Assembly: GCF_001194135.2 (NCBI RefSeq)
Contig: NC_068984.1
Span: forward strand, 49,739,009 to 49,803,008
Length of the DNA stretch: 64,000 nucleotides
Origin: Octopus bimaculoides
Lineage: Eukaryota
Direction: 5' to 3'
Made by a program: the position numbers and the translations under genes. Below the pieces are notes generated by a model. The model saw only the letters and a list, made by a program, of their open reading frames with translations. It did no database searches and was not told where the DNA came from. Below, piece after piece: positions 23,658-36,849 of this stretch; the first letter of the stretch is position 1; each line of letters opens with the position of its first letter.

Positions 23658-24456
23658 CATCATCATCATCGATTAACGTCCATTTTCCATGCTAGCATGG
23701 GTTGGACGGTTTGACTGAGGTCTGGAGAGCCAGCGGCTGCATCAGGATCCAATCTGGTCTAGCAGAATTTCTACAGCTAGATGCCCTTCCCAACGTCAAC
23801 CACTCCGAGAGTGTAGTGGGTGCTTTTACGTGTCACCGGCACAGGAGCCAGTAAGGCGGGCCTGGCAATGATCACGTTCAGACGGTGCTTTTTACGTGCC
23901 ACCGGCACAGGAGCCAGTCATGGGGTACTGGCATCGGTCACGATCGGTTGGTGCTTTTTACGTGCCACAGGCACGGGAGCCTGTCAGAGGGTACCGGCTC
24001 AAGCTTCGAAATTGGTTTTACTTGACTCAACAGGTCTTCTCAAGCATATCATATCGCCCGACACATCAGGAGTTTTCTTAACAGGGCTGGAAGTGCGTGG
24101 CTGCGATCTCACTTTAGTTGCCGGGTCTTCTCAATCACAGCATATCTCCAAAAGTCCTGATCTCCTGTCATTGCCTCTGTGAGGCCCAATGTTCGAAGGT
24201 CATACTTCACCACCTCATCCCATGTCTTCCTGGGTCTACCTCTTCCACAGGTTCCTTCTACAGTTAGGGAGTAGCACTTCCTCAAACAGCTGTCTTCATT
24301 AATACGTAACACATGACCATACCAGCGCAGTCACCTCTCTTACACACGACATTTGATGCTTCTTGTGCCCAACTTCTCTCTCAGGGCGCTTACACTCTGT
24401 CGTGTATGTACACTGACATTACACATCCAGTGGATCATACTAGCTTCATTTCTTTC
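23658..24456 (-). mobile_element. 3' end of an RTE-clade LINE (ORF C-terminus, 3' UTR and (GAT)n tail), truncated by an assembly gap
   Basis: ERNEASMIHWMCNVSVHTRQSVSALREKLG.. then MLRINEDSCLRKCYSLTVEGTCGRGRPRKTWDEVVKYDLRTLGLTEAM..WR is the RTE C-terminal G.RGRPRKTW motif. The tail is CCCATGCTAGCATGGAAAATGGACGTTAATCGATGATGATG. Confidence 0.92.
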
Positions 24457-25192
24457 NNNNNNNNNNNNNNNNNNNNNNNNNNNNNNNNNNNNNNNNNNNN
24501 NNNNNNNNNNNNNNNNNNNNNNNNNNNNNNNNNNNNNNNNNNNNNNNNNNNNNNNNNNNNNNNNNNNNNNNNNNNNNNNNNNNNNNNNNNNNNNNNNNNN
24601 NNNNNNNNNNNNNNNNNNNNNNNNNNNNNNNNNNNNNNNNNNNNNNNNNNNNNNNNNNNNNNNNNNNNNNNNNNNNNNNNNNNNNNNNNNNNNNNNNNNN
24701 NNNNNNNNNNNNNNNNNNNNNNNNNNNNNNNNNNNNNNNNNNNNNNNNNNNNNNNNNNNNNNNNNNNNNNNNNNNNNNNNNNNNNNNNNNNNNNNNNNNN
24801 NNNNNNNNNNNNNNNNNNNNNNNNNNNNNNNNNNNNNNNNNNNNNNNNNNNNNNNNNNNNNNNNNNNNNNNNNNNNNNNNNNNNNNNNNNNNNNNNNNNN
24901 NNNNNNNNNNNNNNNNNNNNNNNNNNNNNNNNNNNNNNNNNNNNNNNNNNNNNNNNNNNNNNNNNNNNNNNNNNNNNNNNNNNNNNNNNNNNNNNNNNNN
25001 NNNNNNNNNNNNNNNNNNNNNNNNNNNNNNNNNNNNNNNNNNNNNNNNNNNNNNNNNNNNNNNNNNNNNNNNNNNNNNNNNNNNNNNNNNNNNNNNNNNN
25101 NNNNNNNNNNNNNNNNNNNNNNNNNNNNNNNNNNNNNNNNNNNNNNNNNNNNNNNNNNNNNNNNNNNNNNNNNNNNNNNNNNNNNNNNNNNN

Positions 25193-25287
25193 AGAGAGGG
25201 GGTAGGAGTAGAGAGGGGGTAGGAGTAGAGAGGGGGTAGGAGTAGAGAGGGGGTAGGAGTAGAGAGGGGGTAGGAGTAGAGAGGGGT
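25193..25287 (+). repeat. 17-bp G-rich minisatellite (AGAGAGGGGGTAGGAGT)n, at least 5.5 copies, running into a gap
   Basis: Five identical units plus one partial unit read directly. Confidence 0.95.
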
Positions 25288-25866
25288 AATAATTTTAATA
25301 AAAAAGGAATGAGGACGCAGACAGCGTTCATATACTGTACGAGTATATAACAAGGATTCGTGGCATTCGTTTTAATTAATTCTGCTAGTAATGGATAAAA
25401 TAAACATTCCCAATCTTATTCCATCTTCTCTCCTCCCTCCTCTTAAACTCTCTCTCTCCGCTTGTCAGCCATCTGATAGTGCAATGGTGTATAAATTTTA
25501 CTCAGTGATTGTGGGCTAGTAAGTAATGGAGTGACCATCTCACTATCAAGCATCACTTTGACATTACTGTTTTAGTTGACCTCCACATTTATTGTGTTTA
25601 TATTATCTTGTCAACGCAAACCGACACTTAAACAACACATTCTGACGTCAACTATCTTGTTTTCTATACAGCGGGGTGCTCCTTTCCAAGGGGGATCAGT
25701 AGCAAAAATATCTTCCCAAGTCAAAACACTTAACCACGTTAAAATGTTTTAAGGCTGACAATTTTCATACACATTCTCACACACAATATTACTATATAAC
25801 CAGGTCGCCGTATCATCTAGAACACATGCAATATAATTTGAGAATTTATTATCTATCAGAAATAAA

Positions 25867-26066
25867 GCTGGCGAAATGCTTAGCAGTATTTCGTCTGCCG
25901 CTACGTTCTGAGTTCAAATTTCGCCGAGGTCGACTTTGCCTTTCATCCTTTCAGGGTCGTTTAAATAAGTACCAGTTACGTGCAGGAGTCAATGTAATCG
26001 ACTTAATTCCTTTATCTGTCCTTGTTTGTCCCCTCTATGTTTAGCCCTTTGTGGGTGATAAAGAAA
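25867..26066 (+). mobile_element. 5'-truncated SINE family B (young-looking, different 3' tail), flanked by ~80-bp direct repeats
   Basis: ctggcgaaatgcttagcagtatttcgtctgccgctacgttctgagttcaaatttcgccgaggtcgac..gtgggtgataaagaaata. Confidence 0.9.
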
Positions 26067-26146
26067 TATTACTATATAACCAGGTTGCCGTATCATCCAG
26101 AACATATGCAATATAATTTGAGAATTTATTATCTATCGGAAATAAA

Positions 26147-26360
26147 ACGGTGAGCTGACAGAATTGTTAACACGCCTGGCGAAATTCTTAGCGGCATTTC
26201 GTCCGTCTTTACTATCTGAGTTCAAATATCGCCGAAGTCGAATTTGCCTTCCAGAGTTGATAAAATAAATACCAGTTGAGCAGAAGGGGGTCGGTGTAAT
26301 CGACTTGCCCATCTCCCTCGAAATTTCTGGTGTTGTGCCAAAACTTGAAGCCAATATTTC
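26147..26360 (+). mobile_element. Older full-length SINE family B
   Basis: cggtgagctgacagaattgttaacacgcctggcgaaattcttagc..gaaatttctggtgttgtgccaaaacttgaagcc. Confidence 0.8.
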
Positions 26361-26376
26361 TCAAAAATTAATCTTT

Positions 26377-26426
<50 letters not shown>

Positions 26427-26533
26427 ACAGGAGAAACGAAGTCAAGGATTAGTAAGTAAGAATTTAAGCTTCATAAAAGAGACAAAATTAATTGAAACAA
26501 ACTTAAAAGCTAGAAATCAAATAAATACATTAT

Positions 26534-26681
26534 AGGGGCGGCTTTGTGATAAAATGCTTGCTTCCCAACTACATGGTTCCGGGTTCAGTCTCACTGTGAG
26601 GCACTCTAAGCAAGTGTCTTCCGCTATACCCTCGCGCCAACCAAAGTAGATTTGGTAGACGGAAACTGAAAGAAAAACGTC

Positions 26682-26722
<41 letters not shown>

Positions 26723-26800
26723 TTTGCGTCTGTTCCCCCCCCTCATCGCTTGACAACCTGTGTTGGTGTGTTTACGTCATCGTAACTTAGCCGTTCGGCA
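26534..26800 (+). mobile_element. SINE family C (3'-truncated) with internal (TG)n
   Basis: catggttccgggttcagtctcactg..atttggtagacggaaactgaaag..gtaacttagccgttcggcaa. Confidence 0.85.
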
Positions 26801-28178
26801 ATTTGCGTCCATTTAGTCTGGAAGTGGATATGTGATCGTCCATATACGTGTGAATATTTGTATGTGCTGGGTATGGCGAGGCGTGTGAATGTAGAAAGCA
26901 AGCCATTGCAGGGTTAAGTATCGAGATATTGACCCTCACCAGAAGCAAGAGTATAAATGATATTTATATAGATGCATGTGCTCATATGCAGATTTAAGAG
27001 TGCGAGTACGTAAGGGCACGCAGAGGCATAAGTTCGTTAGCACATCACGTGTATGTGTGAATAAGCGTGCATTTTTGTGTCAACGTCCACCTAGTAATAG
27101 ACCTCCACATTTTCACTTGCTTTGTCTTAGTTTTGCTGGAGTTGAGCTCTTGCTAACATCGAAATTACTTCCTCCATCAATGAAAGATAAGTTATCGGAT
27201 TATCTTACAAAGTGAAGCATTGCCTAAATAAAATCATTTTTATAAAGAAAGAATCATCGCTAGTGACTAAAGAAACCATAAATCTCAGTAAATATTCCTT
27301 TCTTTAACAAAACATTACGCTTTGCGTCTAAGAAAAAGAATGCAAAATCATTTTTCCATCGAGTTTGGCATCATATTCAGTTCTACTGGATCTCGACATG
27401 ATTATCTTCATATATGAATGAAATGATGCATACGTATACACTTCTATGTAGAAATGTGTGCATGCATGTAAATATATGTAGGCCACACATTTGCAACGAT
27501 CTAGCAGAAAATATGCATAGGAGAACGTTTTTGTTAAGCATAGGAATAGGTAATCTAACTTCACCGAACATTTTTGCTCGACACAAAAACTGAAAACGTT
27601 GCATAGACGAAGTTATTGGTGAGAAAAATAATTTAAAAGAAATTATGCCCTCAACCTCGTTCCATACTTAGGTTCTTAGAAGTGTCATATTCGTTCTTGT
27701 TCCGTGATGTTGAACATTTCAAAAATGAATTTATCCAATATATGGTAGATTTATATAATTATTTTAGGTATTAATAAGATTGCATAATGCTAGAAAATAC
27801 ATAATAATTATCACAAAATAATTATCAGTCAATAATTATCATTGTTGTTGTCGTAGGTTAACGATAAGTGATCAGTAACCGAGTAGATCGATGGTCAAAA
27901 GACTTCGATCTTGATTAGTGTCTTCCATAATGTCCTTATGTTTACATTTCGTCTCTAGGACTACACTATTTGTAGTCAACTTGACATCTGAAGATAGTAA
28001 GGAATTATATGAGGGAGCTTTGGCTGTTATGTCTACCGTGTTGAGTAGGCACGTAAAAGATTCCTCATTTATTCTTTCCATTGTGTTTTCTTTGAATTGG
28101 TTATATAATCCCAAAAGAATTAATGCACTGATAGGTGTATAAATTGATTCACACACTCATATGCGCACGCACTTTTCT

Positions 28179-28213
<35 letters not shown>

Positions 28214-29637
28214 CATAAAACCAACAACCCGTCATGAGGTGCAGACGAGGGCAGTGGAATCAAGCTCCCTTATGCACCAAATGGGCCAACAGCTGGGACA
28301 AAAACACATACAGGAGTGGTGATGTGAAACACCCCAGACTGAGAAAATCAGATATATATATATACACACATATATATCATTTCTCCACTGGTAAGGTGTT
28401 ATATTTGATATAGCTTTCCTAAAGGCACATCGCACGCCAAATCAAATATATTAAACTTATTCACTCGACACTATTTTAACATTCTTATCCACCACGGAGG
28501 CTAACAAAAAGACGCTAATGTAAATTAGCAAATATTAATTCAGATAAATTTCAGCTAAAGGCAGCTGAATTATACAGTCATATCATACACTGTTTAGTCA
28601 AATTTTGATGGTTATTTTGAATATAAATTGGAGGTCTGTCCCTCTCGTCATAGTTTCAGTATAGAAAGCCAGGGAAATACTGTAGCACTTCATTACGTCA
28701 CTATATTCTGAGCAGACTATACATTCGCCTATATCAAATTTGCTTTCAATTAGAGGGGGGGGGGGTCATAAAAAATACATCAGTAGAAGAGCCGATATAA
28801 TGAACAATACATTTGAAAGAAGTACTCCAAGATACTAGCAGCCCAGTAAGTGAAACTAGTGATAAAATATAAGAATACTTATGCGACATAATACCCACAC
28901 GTATGAAATACATATGCACATATATCTGCATGTGTGCCCGTGCACACATACAAACGCTGGCGTGCATGTATGTTATGCATATCACTTCCAACAGCTCTTA
29001 GTGTATAGCCAATATTCAGCCAAGACTAATAACGCTTTCTCATTTCGAGAGAAAGAGAAAGAGAAAAAGAGACATTATATATATATATATATNNNNNNNN
29101 NNNNNNNNNNNNNNNNNNNNNNNNNNNNNNNNNNNNNNNNNNNNNNNNNNNNNNNNNNNNNNNNNNNNNNNNNNNNNNNNNNNNNNNNNNNNNNNNNNNN
29201 NNNNNNNNNNNNNNNNNNNNNNNNNNNNNNNNNNNNNNNNNNNNNNNNNNNNNNNNNNNNNNNNNNNNNNNNNNNNNNNNNNNNNNNNNNNNNNNNNNNN
29301 NNNNNNNNNNNNNNNNNNNNNNNNNNNNNNNNNNNNNNNNNNNNNNNNNNNNNNNNNNNNNNNNNNNNNNNNNNNNNNNNNNNNNNNNNNNNNNNNNNNN
29401 NNNNNNNNNNNNNNNNNNNNNNNNNNNNNNNNNNNNNNNNNNNNNNNNNNNNNNNNNNNNNNNNNNNNNNNNNNNNNNNNNNNNNNNNNNNNNNNNNNNN
29501 NNNNNNNNNNNNNNNNNNNNNNNNNNNNNNNNNNNNNNNNNNNNNNNNNNNNNNNNNNNNNNNNNNNNNNNNNNNNNNNNNNNNNNNNNNNNNNNNNNNN
29601 NNNNNNNNNNNNNNNNNNNNNNNNNNNNNNNNNNNNN

Positions 29638-29714
<77 letters not shown>
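29638..29714. repeat. (AG)n microsatellite bordering a gap
   Basis: Direct reading. Confidence 0.95.
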
Positions 29715-29719
<5 letters not shown>

Positions 29720-30299
29720 TTGTGTGAGTGCGTGTGTTTTGATTATTTCTAAACAGTAGTAAAGAATGACCAACACCACTTTTGAATCTAGCCGAATACC
29801 TGCAGGCATGACAGGTGCAATAGGTTTCTATGGAAACACTGACGCAAGTCAAACGGGGACATTCATTAAGTTTAATCGAAATGTAATCTTTATATACCAT
29901 AGCTGTTCAGCTAGTATCTACTGCTAAGTTAAATAAAAATTCAGTATCTACATCTGGATATGCATACGCATTTATACTTAATATTCATGAATACGTATAC
30001 ACACATATGTTTAAATGCTACCTTATTTTGGGGAGTTATATTGCATATTCATTCATTATGACATATCTTGGGAGGGTCACTATGTCAATAACACACGCAC
30101 TGGTTAGCTATTTTACAACCAAACTAATCGAGCGTTTGGTTAATCATTCAGTTTATCAATCAATCAGCTGTGCTTGCCAAAATCATTCGCCGCCATACGN
30201 NNNNNNNNNNNNNNNNNNNNNNNNNNNNNNNNNNNNNNNNNNNNNNNNNNNNNNNNNNNNNNNNNNNNNNNNNNNNNNNNNNNNNNNNNNNNNNNNNNN

Positions 30300-30492
30300 T
30301 ATAAATACATATATACATATATAAATACATATATACATATATATATATACACACATACATACATACATAGATATATTTATGTTCATACATATATAAATAC
30401 ATATATACATACATATATAAATACATATATACATACATATATAAATACATATATACAAATATATACATACATATACATACATACATATATAT
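30300..30492. repeat. AT/ATAC compound minisatellite (approximate 24-bp higher-order unit ataaatacatatatacatacatat)
   Basis: Direct reading between two gaps. Confidence 0.85.
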
Positions 30493-30531
30493 AGATACGT
30501 ACGCGTGCAGTATACACGGTGNNNNNNNNNN

Positions 30532-30568
<37 letters not shown>

Positions 30569-31153
30569 AGGATATATACACCTATACATACACGCGCGCG
30601 CGCACACACACACACACACACACTGGCGCCCACAACATCAGATGTTTAAGTCTAAATGTAACGTTTATGAAAGTCTTTTTGAAAGTTGTGTTGTACACTT
30701 ATTGCGACTCTTCTATCCTGAATCAGTAACTGATTTATTTGTTCTCTTAGAGATAAAAGAAACAACTTTCACTTATCAGAGTTACGCTATTCAGATTGAA
30801 TTACAAAATATACTTTACACCACGTGTAATTTCGCTTTTACGATCATAGTTGATATTGATGTTATCATCAACACCGACACAAACGTAAAAGTACGTGCTA
30901 CCTTTAAGACAGTATTTAGCGTGTGCGTGTGCGTGTGAGTGTGTGTTAAGGGGAGGCGGTTATAACACTCTGCATTTGAAAAGGATGCTTTACTGCAGCC
31001 AATGAGCGCATGAACAAAAATCACACAGCGGCTACCTGAAAACTGAAAAAGAGGACATCCACTCTATAAAACTCTTTCGAATTAATAGAAAATCCGCAAA
31101 TACCATTTCTTACTCTACGACGGAAATTTTATATCACACACACACACACACAC

Positions 31154-31190
<37 letters not shown>

Positions 31191-31207
31191 CACACACAAG
31201 CAATTAT

Positions 31208-31208
<1 letters not shown>

Positions 31209-31300
<92 letters not shown>
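31209..31300. repeat. Long (CA)n microsatellite (about 45 units)
   Basis: Direct reading. Confidence 0.95.
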
Positions 31301-31304
<4 letters not shown>

Positions 31305-31489
31305 TCAGAAGTATATAAAAGTTTCATACACAGCAATTGAATTAGTCAATAAGTAGTTGCGGCATGCTGGTATTTTTTATGTTTGTAGAGAGTACTCTTC
31401 CCCAGTCTTAGCTGTTGTGAGTGCATTTTCTTTGATTTGAAGTTATTGAATTAACATATCAGGGAAGTTATTTGATGACAGAGAAGAAT

Positions 31490-31547
31490 GAGCACGGAGG
31501 AGGTCAAGGTAGAGCACGGAGGAGGTCAAGGTAGAGCATGGAGGAGG
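31490..31547 (+). repeat. 22-bp tandem repeat (gagcacggaggaggtcaaggta), 2.6 copies
   Basis: Direct reading; no spacers between units. Confidence 0.9.
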
Positions 31548-31667
31548 AAAACAAAATGAGTGATAGGTTGAGAAAGAAGACAAGAAAAAAAAACAGGAAA
31601 GAGAAAGGATGAGAGAGTTTAAAGTATTGTAGAACAGAGTAAATTTAAATTTTAAAATTATATATAT

Positions 31668-32058
31668 TGGCTGTGTGGTAAGTAGCTTGCTTACCAACCA
31701 CATGGTTCTAGGTTCAGTCCTACTGCGTGGCATCTTTGGCAAGTGTTATCTACTATAGCCTCGGGCCGACCAAAGCCTTGTGAGTGGATTTGGTAGACGG
31801 AAAACTGAAAGAAGCCCGTCGTATATATGTATATATATATATGTATGTGTGTATGTGTTTGTCCTCCCAACATCCCTTGACAACCGATGGTGGTGTGTTT
31901 ATGTTCCCGTAACTTAGCGGTTCGGCAAAAGAGACCGATAGAATAAGTACTAGGCTTCTAAAGAATAAGTCCTGGGGTCGATTTGCTCGACTAAAGACGG
32001 TGCTCCAGCATGGCCACAGTCAAAAGACTGAAACAAGTAAAAGAGTAAAAGGATATAT
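31668..32058 (+). mobile_element. SINE family C, near full length
   Basis: tggctgtgtggtaagtagcttgcttaccaaccacatggttctaggttcagtcc head; tail ccagcatggccacagtcaaaagactgaaacaagtaaaagagtaaaa. Confidence 0.93.
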
Positions 32059-32535
32059 AAGAGAAAAAGAGAGAACATTTTGGATAGTGTGTGTGTGGGA
32101 AAGGGCAGCCAGAATTTTTTCAAATTGAATAAAATAATTTGCAAGAGATAGCAAACAAAATTGAATGTGTAAAATGACTCAAAACTTTAAACAATTTAAA
32201 GTGACATCGTTGATATCCCTTTACTAAAACACGTCACTTGCCACACTTGATAATCATACGCACACACGCAGAAGCACGCTACATATATGTATGCTGGAAC
32301 ATGCAAACTCACAACACAGAAATATACACATCACATACCATTCACCATTTTGGCAAATGACAATTTCCTGACATTTCATTTCGCTTCAACATATTTCATG
32401 GGAGCCAAATTCCTTAAGTAATAATCGATTATTATCATTATTATTATCATTTTATAAAAGAGAATAACTTTAAATCAATCCTAGTGAACTACTCAAGATA
32501 AATTACAAGTACATACAAACGCAAGCATATTCATG

Positions 32536-32571
<36 letters not shown>

Positions 32572-34399
32572 CCACCACACGCTTTCTCGAAATTGTGGAG
32601 GAATGCGCTTAAATACTGTAACGTAATTAGCTCGACGCTTTTCCGTTTCAAACATGTGCAACATCACAATTGCAATTCGAATATAAATGATGCAGAAAAA
32701 TGAAAATTATTTTAATCATATTCTGCTCATGAAATTTTCATTTTTGACTACAAAATTTCAATATTTTCTTTATCAAATAATTCTCAAATATTTCAATAAT
32801 TTTTAAAAAAATAAATTATCTGAAAGATTATAATTTAATTTATCTTTAAACCAATTACACACTATTCTTCTTATAAGTTATTTATACATTACACACAGAG
32901 AAACATTCGTTTTATAATAACAGTATTGTGATTATGAATGAAAGGAGGTAAATGGCAGAAACGAGACGTCATGTAAAATGGTGGTGAGCTATTTCATTAC
33001 CTCCATTTACACTGAGTTCAAATCCAGTTAGGATCGTCACTGCCTTCTATCCACCCAGAGTTATAACTTGTAATTGATCACCTCCAACATTTCTCAAAGA
33101 AAGACAGTGCGTAACATTTACGTGTTCCTTATTTAGTGGTGTAGCTATAACTGGTGTTGCCTGGAGTAGTCCTTGTGTGACACCAATCACCACCACGAAA
33201 AAAGAAAAAAAAAAAAAAANNNNNNNNNNAAAAAAAAAAAAAAAAAAAAACGTTAAAAGTGCCTCTTCCCAAAAATGCTATCAGGGGAAAATATAGTTCA
33301 TTTTAGTCCCACTTCTGTTCCTGTTTCATATGATTACTCCCTTCCGTATAAATTTTGCGATGCGATCCCTTATTTACAAAGAGAAGATTGTATGTACTAT
33401 TCTGACTTAGCATTAACGACAAAAAGGTATTATAAACAACTAACAACAGAGATCTTTTGCGGATTTAAGTGAAGGAAACTTTCCATCAATTTTATGTCAT
33501 TCACACTGAATAGACAAGGAAACTAGACGATAATTGTTTTTGTTTTAATTGCAAGCAATGAACAATATAACCGTTTAAATGAAATACCAGACTAAAAAAG
33601 AAAAAAAGATATTAAAAAAACAAACAAACAAGTGAACAAAAACCTACGAGTTATTCCAAAATGCATTCAGGAGACCCGGCACCCACATCGAATTTCAAAA
33701 CAAATTTTGTTTATAAATTTAAGGAATGAATAATTATGTACTCATACATGCATCCCTATGTGTGCTAGCATATCAATCCATATTCTGCTTGTTTTATATT
33801 ACTTATTTGCTCCATGTGCTAAAGTAAGGCGTTTTGTAAAACCGTCATAATTACCATAATTATTATCTCAGTCATTATTGTTTTAAATTATAAATTATTG
33901 TAAATTATTATAATTGTTATTATTTAGTTACAATTAGGGCAAATTATGATAGCTTTCATCTAAAGTTGTCTCAAAACTAGAGGGAAAAAGGAAATACATA
34001 TAAAAAAAAATCCTTAACGTAATACAACAATATTCTCCAAATAACATCCACCATGTCCTACCCCTCCCAATTCCTTAACATTACATGTCTTAATTTTTTA
34101 TTCTATTTATAAATGTGTGTGCGCGCGCGCGAAAATAACTAGGGCTTCAAGCAACCGAGATGACAGCAGAAGTGTAAATTGTAGACAGACACTTCAGCTT
34201 CTTCATTCACTGCACTTAGTGTCACCTTATATTTCGTGTTCCTTTTATTATCAGCGCAAAACATCATCCGCAGCAGCAGTAGCAGCAGCAGCTTATTGTT
34301 TGTGGTTGATTTATTTTTATATTGTTTATTTTTGAAAAGATATTTTTGGTTATTTTGTTTTTCGCCTCATTATTAACATTTTTCTCATAGTTTCCCTCA

Positions 34400-34500
34400 A
34401 TATTTATTATCATTATTATTATCATTATTATCATCATTATCATTTTCATTATTATTATTATTATTAGTAGTAGTAGTAGTAGTAGTAGCAGCAGCAGCAG
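34400..34500. repeat. Compound trinucleotide tract (ATT/ATC)n-(AGT)n-(AGC)n
   Basis: Direct reading. Confidence 0.9.
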
Positions 34501-35155
34501 TGGTAACTTCAACTTGCATTGACACATAAAATCTGTTCGTTGATTGGATCAAAAGGAGGTTTCTACCGTTATCAATAATGTGTCTGTCTTGAGATAGCTC
34601 CGTAATTTGTACCTCTCATTCCGTATACTCGTTCTCTTTTACTCATGTAGCGTGCATATGTACCGGGAAATAAAAAAAAAATTAGCATCGGTAATTTTTT
34701 TGAGTTACCTTATACAGTTTTATAAAGTTGCTTGTATTATTGGTTAAATTCAGGTTAGACCCATTGATTTATGATGGAAGAAATTCCAGTCGTGAACTTC
34801 TATGATTTTGTTTATTTAGGAATACGTCTAAAGAATTCTTTGATTTTTATGACAACTAAGTGCGAGTTCAGAGAAATTAGTCAACTATTCCCAGACGGTG
34901 CATCTGTGTAGCAGAGGCGGCTCGTGTTTAGGCACTGCGGAACCAATATAATGAAATATTTTTTCCTTATACTTGTACATTATATAATCCTCAAGCTTAA
35001 TGTCAGTAGCCATCCCCTGAACCCTGAACCATGTGGCTGGGAAGCAAGCTTCTTACCACACAGCCATATATGTTAGTAGTCAATTCAAAAACACAGAGAA
35101 AAAGAAAAAAAAAACAAACAAACGTGAAGATGTAGCACAAGCAATGTATTAATAA

Positions 35156-35360
35156 GACGACCAGCTGGGAGAAACGTTAGCACGCCGGGCGAAATGCCTA
35201 ACCGTATTTCGTTCAAATTCCGCCGAGGTCGACTTTGACTTTCATCCTGTCAGGGTCGATAAATTAAGTACCAGTTGCGTACTGGGATCGATCTTATCGA
35301 CTGCCTCCTCCCACACACACAAAAAAAATTTCGGGCCTTGTGCCTAGAGTATAAAAGAAC
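35156..35360 (+). mobile_element. SINE family B with 10-bp TSD
   Basis: TSD gtattaataa at 35146-35155 and 35361-35370. Confidence 0.9.
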
Positions 35361-35492
35361 GTATTAATAAAACGCTCAGAGAAAAAAGAGTGTAGTTGTT
35401 TTACGTTTCAAGCATAGCTCTTCTTTGAAAACAGGAAAGTCCAAAGAGAAAGAAGGAAGAAAAAAAATCGCCAATAGTCCAAGTACGGTTAC

Positions 35493-35534
<42 letters not shown>

Positions 35535-36047
35535 CCTAAAACAACACAATGAATACTTCCTTGCCATAATTTAGTAGCAGAGGTGTATAATGAATTCGTT
35601 TTCAATTCGAAGTTTAGTTTCTCCGAGATTATATCCTTAAGTTACAGCGCCACATTATTAGTTGCTTCTGTATAGAGCTGCATCTTTATCATTGTTCCTC
35701 CTGCATAACGATGTAAGAGAGTATGGCTTATAACGTACAAGCATGCACTCACAAACACTATCGGTTTCAAATTTTGTCACAACGCCAGCAATTTCGGGCG
35801 AGAGGTAAATGGATTACATCGGCCCCTTTAGCGAAGTCACTGTATTGCAAACATCCGTCCACATAACCGGTTTTCTCTCGGTCCATTATATTTTCTGTAA
35901 ATATTGATTTGGAATTGTTTAGATGGGTATCAATCTCAATGTGACCAACCTGGGTAGGTGGGAAAACCTTTGGAACATTTCACTAATAACTTCTTATTCC
36001 TTACCACCACTTATAAACACGCTAGATAATACGGTTTTATGTTCTGA

Positions 36048-36082
<35 letters not shown>

Positions 36083-36849
36083 TAAAACAGTTTTCTGTTC
36101 TCCAGTTGTAAAACAAAATACCAGAAATAAATTGGAACTTTATATGAGAATCGATTCATACAGCTTTATTCCTTCGCCAACAATAAATAAATATATCTAA
36201 TATAATCTGTTGATCCAACAACTCAACCATACATACACCATTCTTACAAATAAACAATGAATAAAACCTTTACATAATGCGAAACAAAAGAGATTCCTCA
36301 AGAAACTCCTTTGTTTTAACGATTGTCTTCGATAATAATATTATTCCATTGAAGGAGTAAAATAGATCAAGTCTTTATCAATTTCTTGTATGAAACTATT
36401 ATATAAATATAAAAGCGACGAACAAAAAATGTATCTATAAATACATCACGGCGTGATTTATAGATTTATTTCGTGATGAATTAAAAAAATAACTACCTCA
36501 TGTATATGAATGTAATTTCTTTCAGACATATACACATTTGTATAAGCGTTCAGGTGTTTATCATTGTGCACGAAAGTGTTCAGATGCTTATATATGTATG
36601 TGCGTGGGTTTGTACATTTGTGTGTGTGAATGTATATTGAGGACTTGATAGGGGTAAAGTAAGATGATGAAATACAGAGATATATTTTAACCGTATTCAA
36701 TTGACTATAATAAGCAAGGTGAAAATTCAGGATAAACTATTACATTACACAGGTACCCAGAGACTCCCGTTACAATATTTAGGGTGGCGTAACGCAAAGA
36801 ATGTTGGTGACTGTTTACTCTTGGATAGTAGTCTTTTTTAATGCCACCA

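Noticed and set aside
3269-30938. Long ORFs in the supplied track containing X runs (e.g. 22113-23120, 24340-25353, 28881-29759)
   Set aside because: They are artefacts of translating N gaps and flanking microsatellites.
31490-31547. 22-bp repeat or 17-bp minisatellite as a CRISPR array
   Set aside because: No unique spacers, no cas genes, and a eukaryotic context.
34100-34330. (CG)n plus (GCA)n segment as a 5' UTR exon or promoter
   Set aside because: Only compositional resemblance; no diagnostic splice or promoter evidence.
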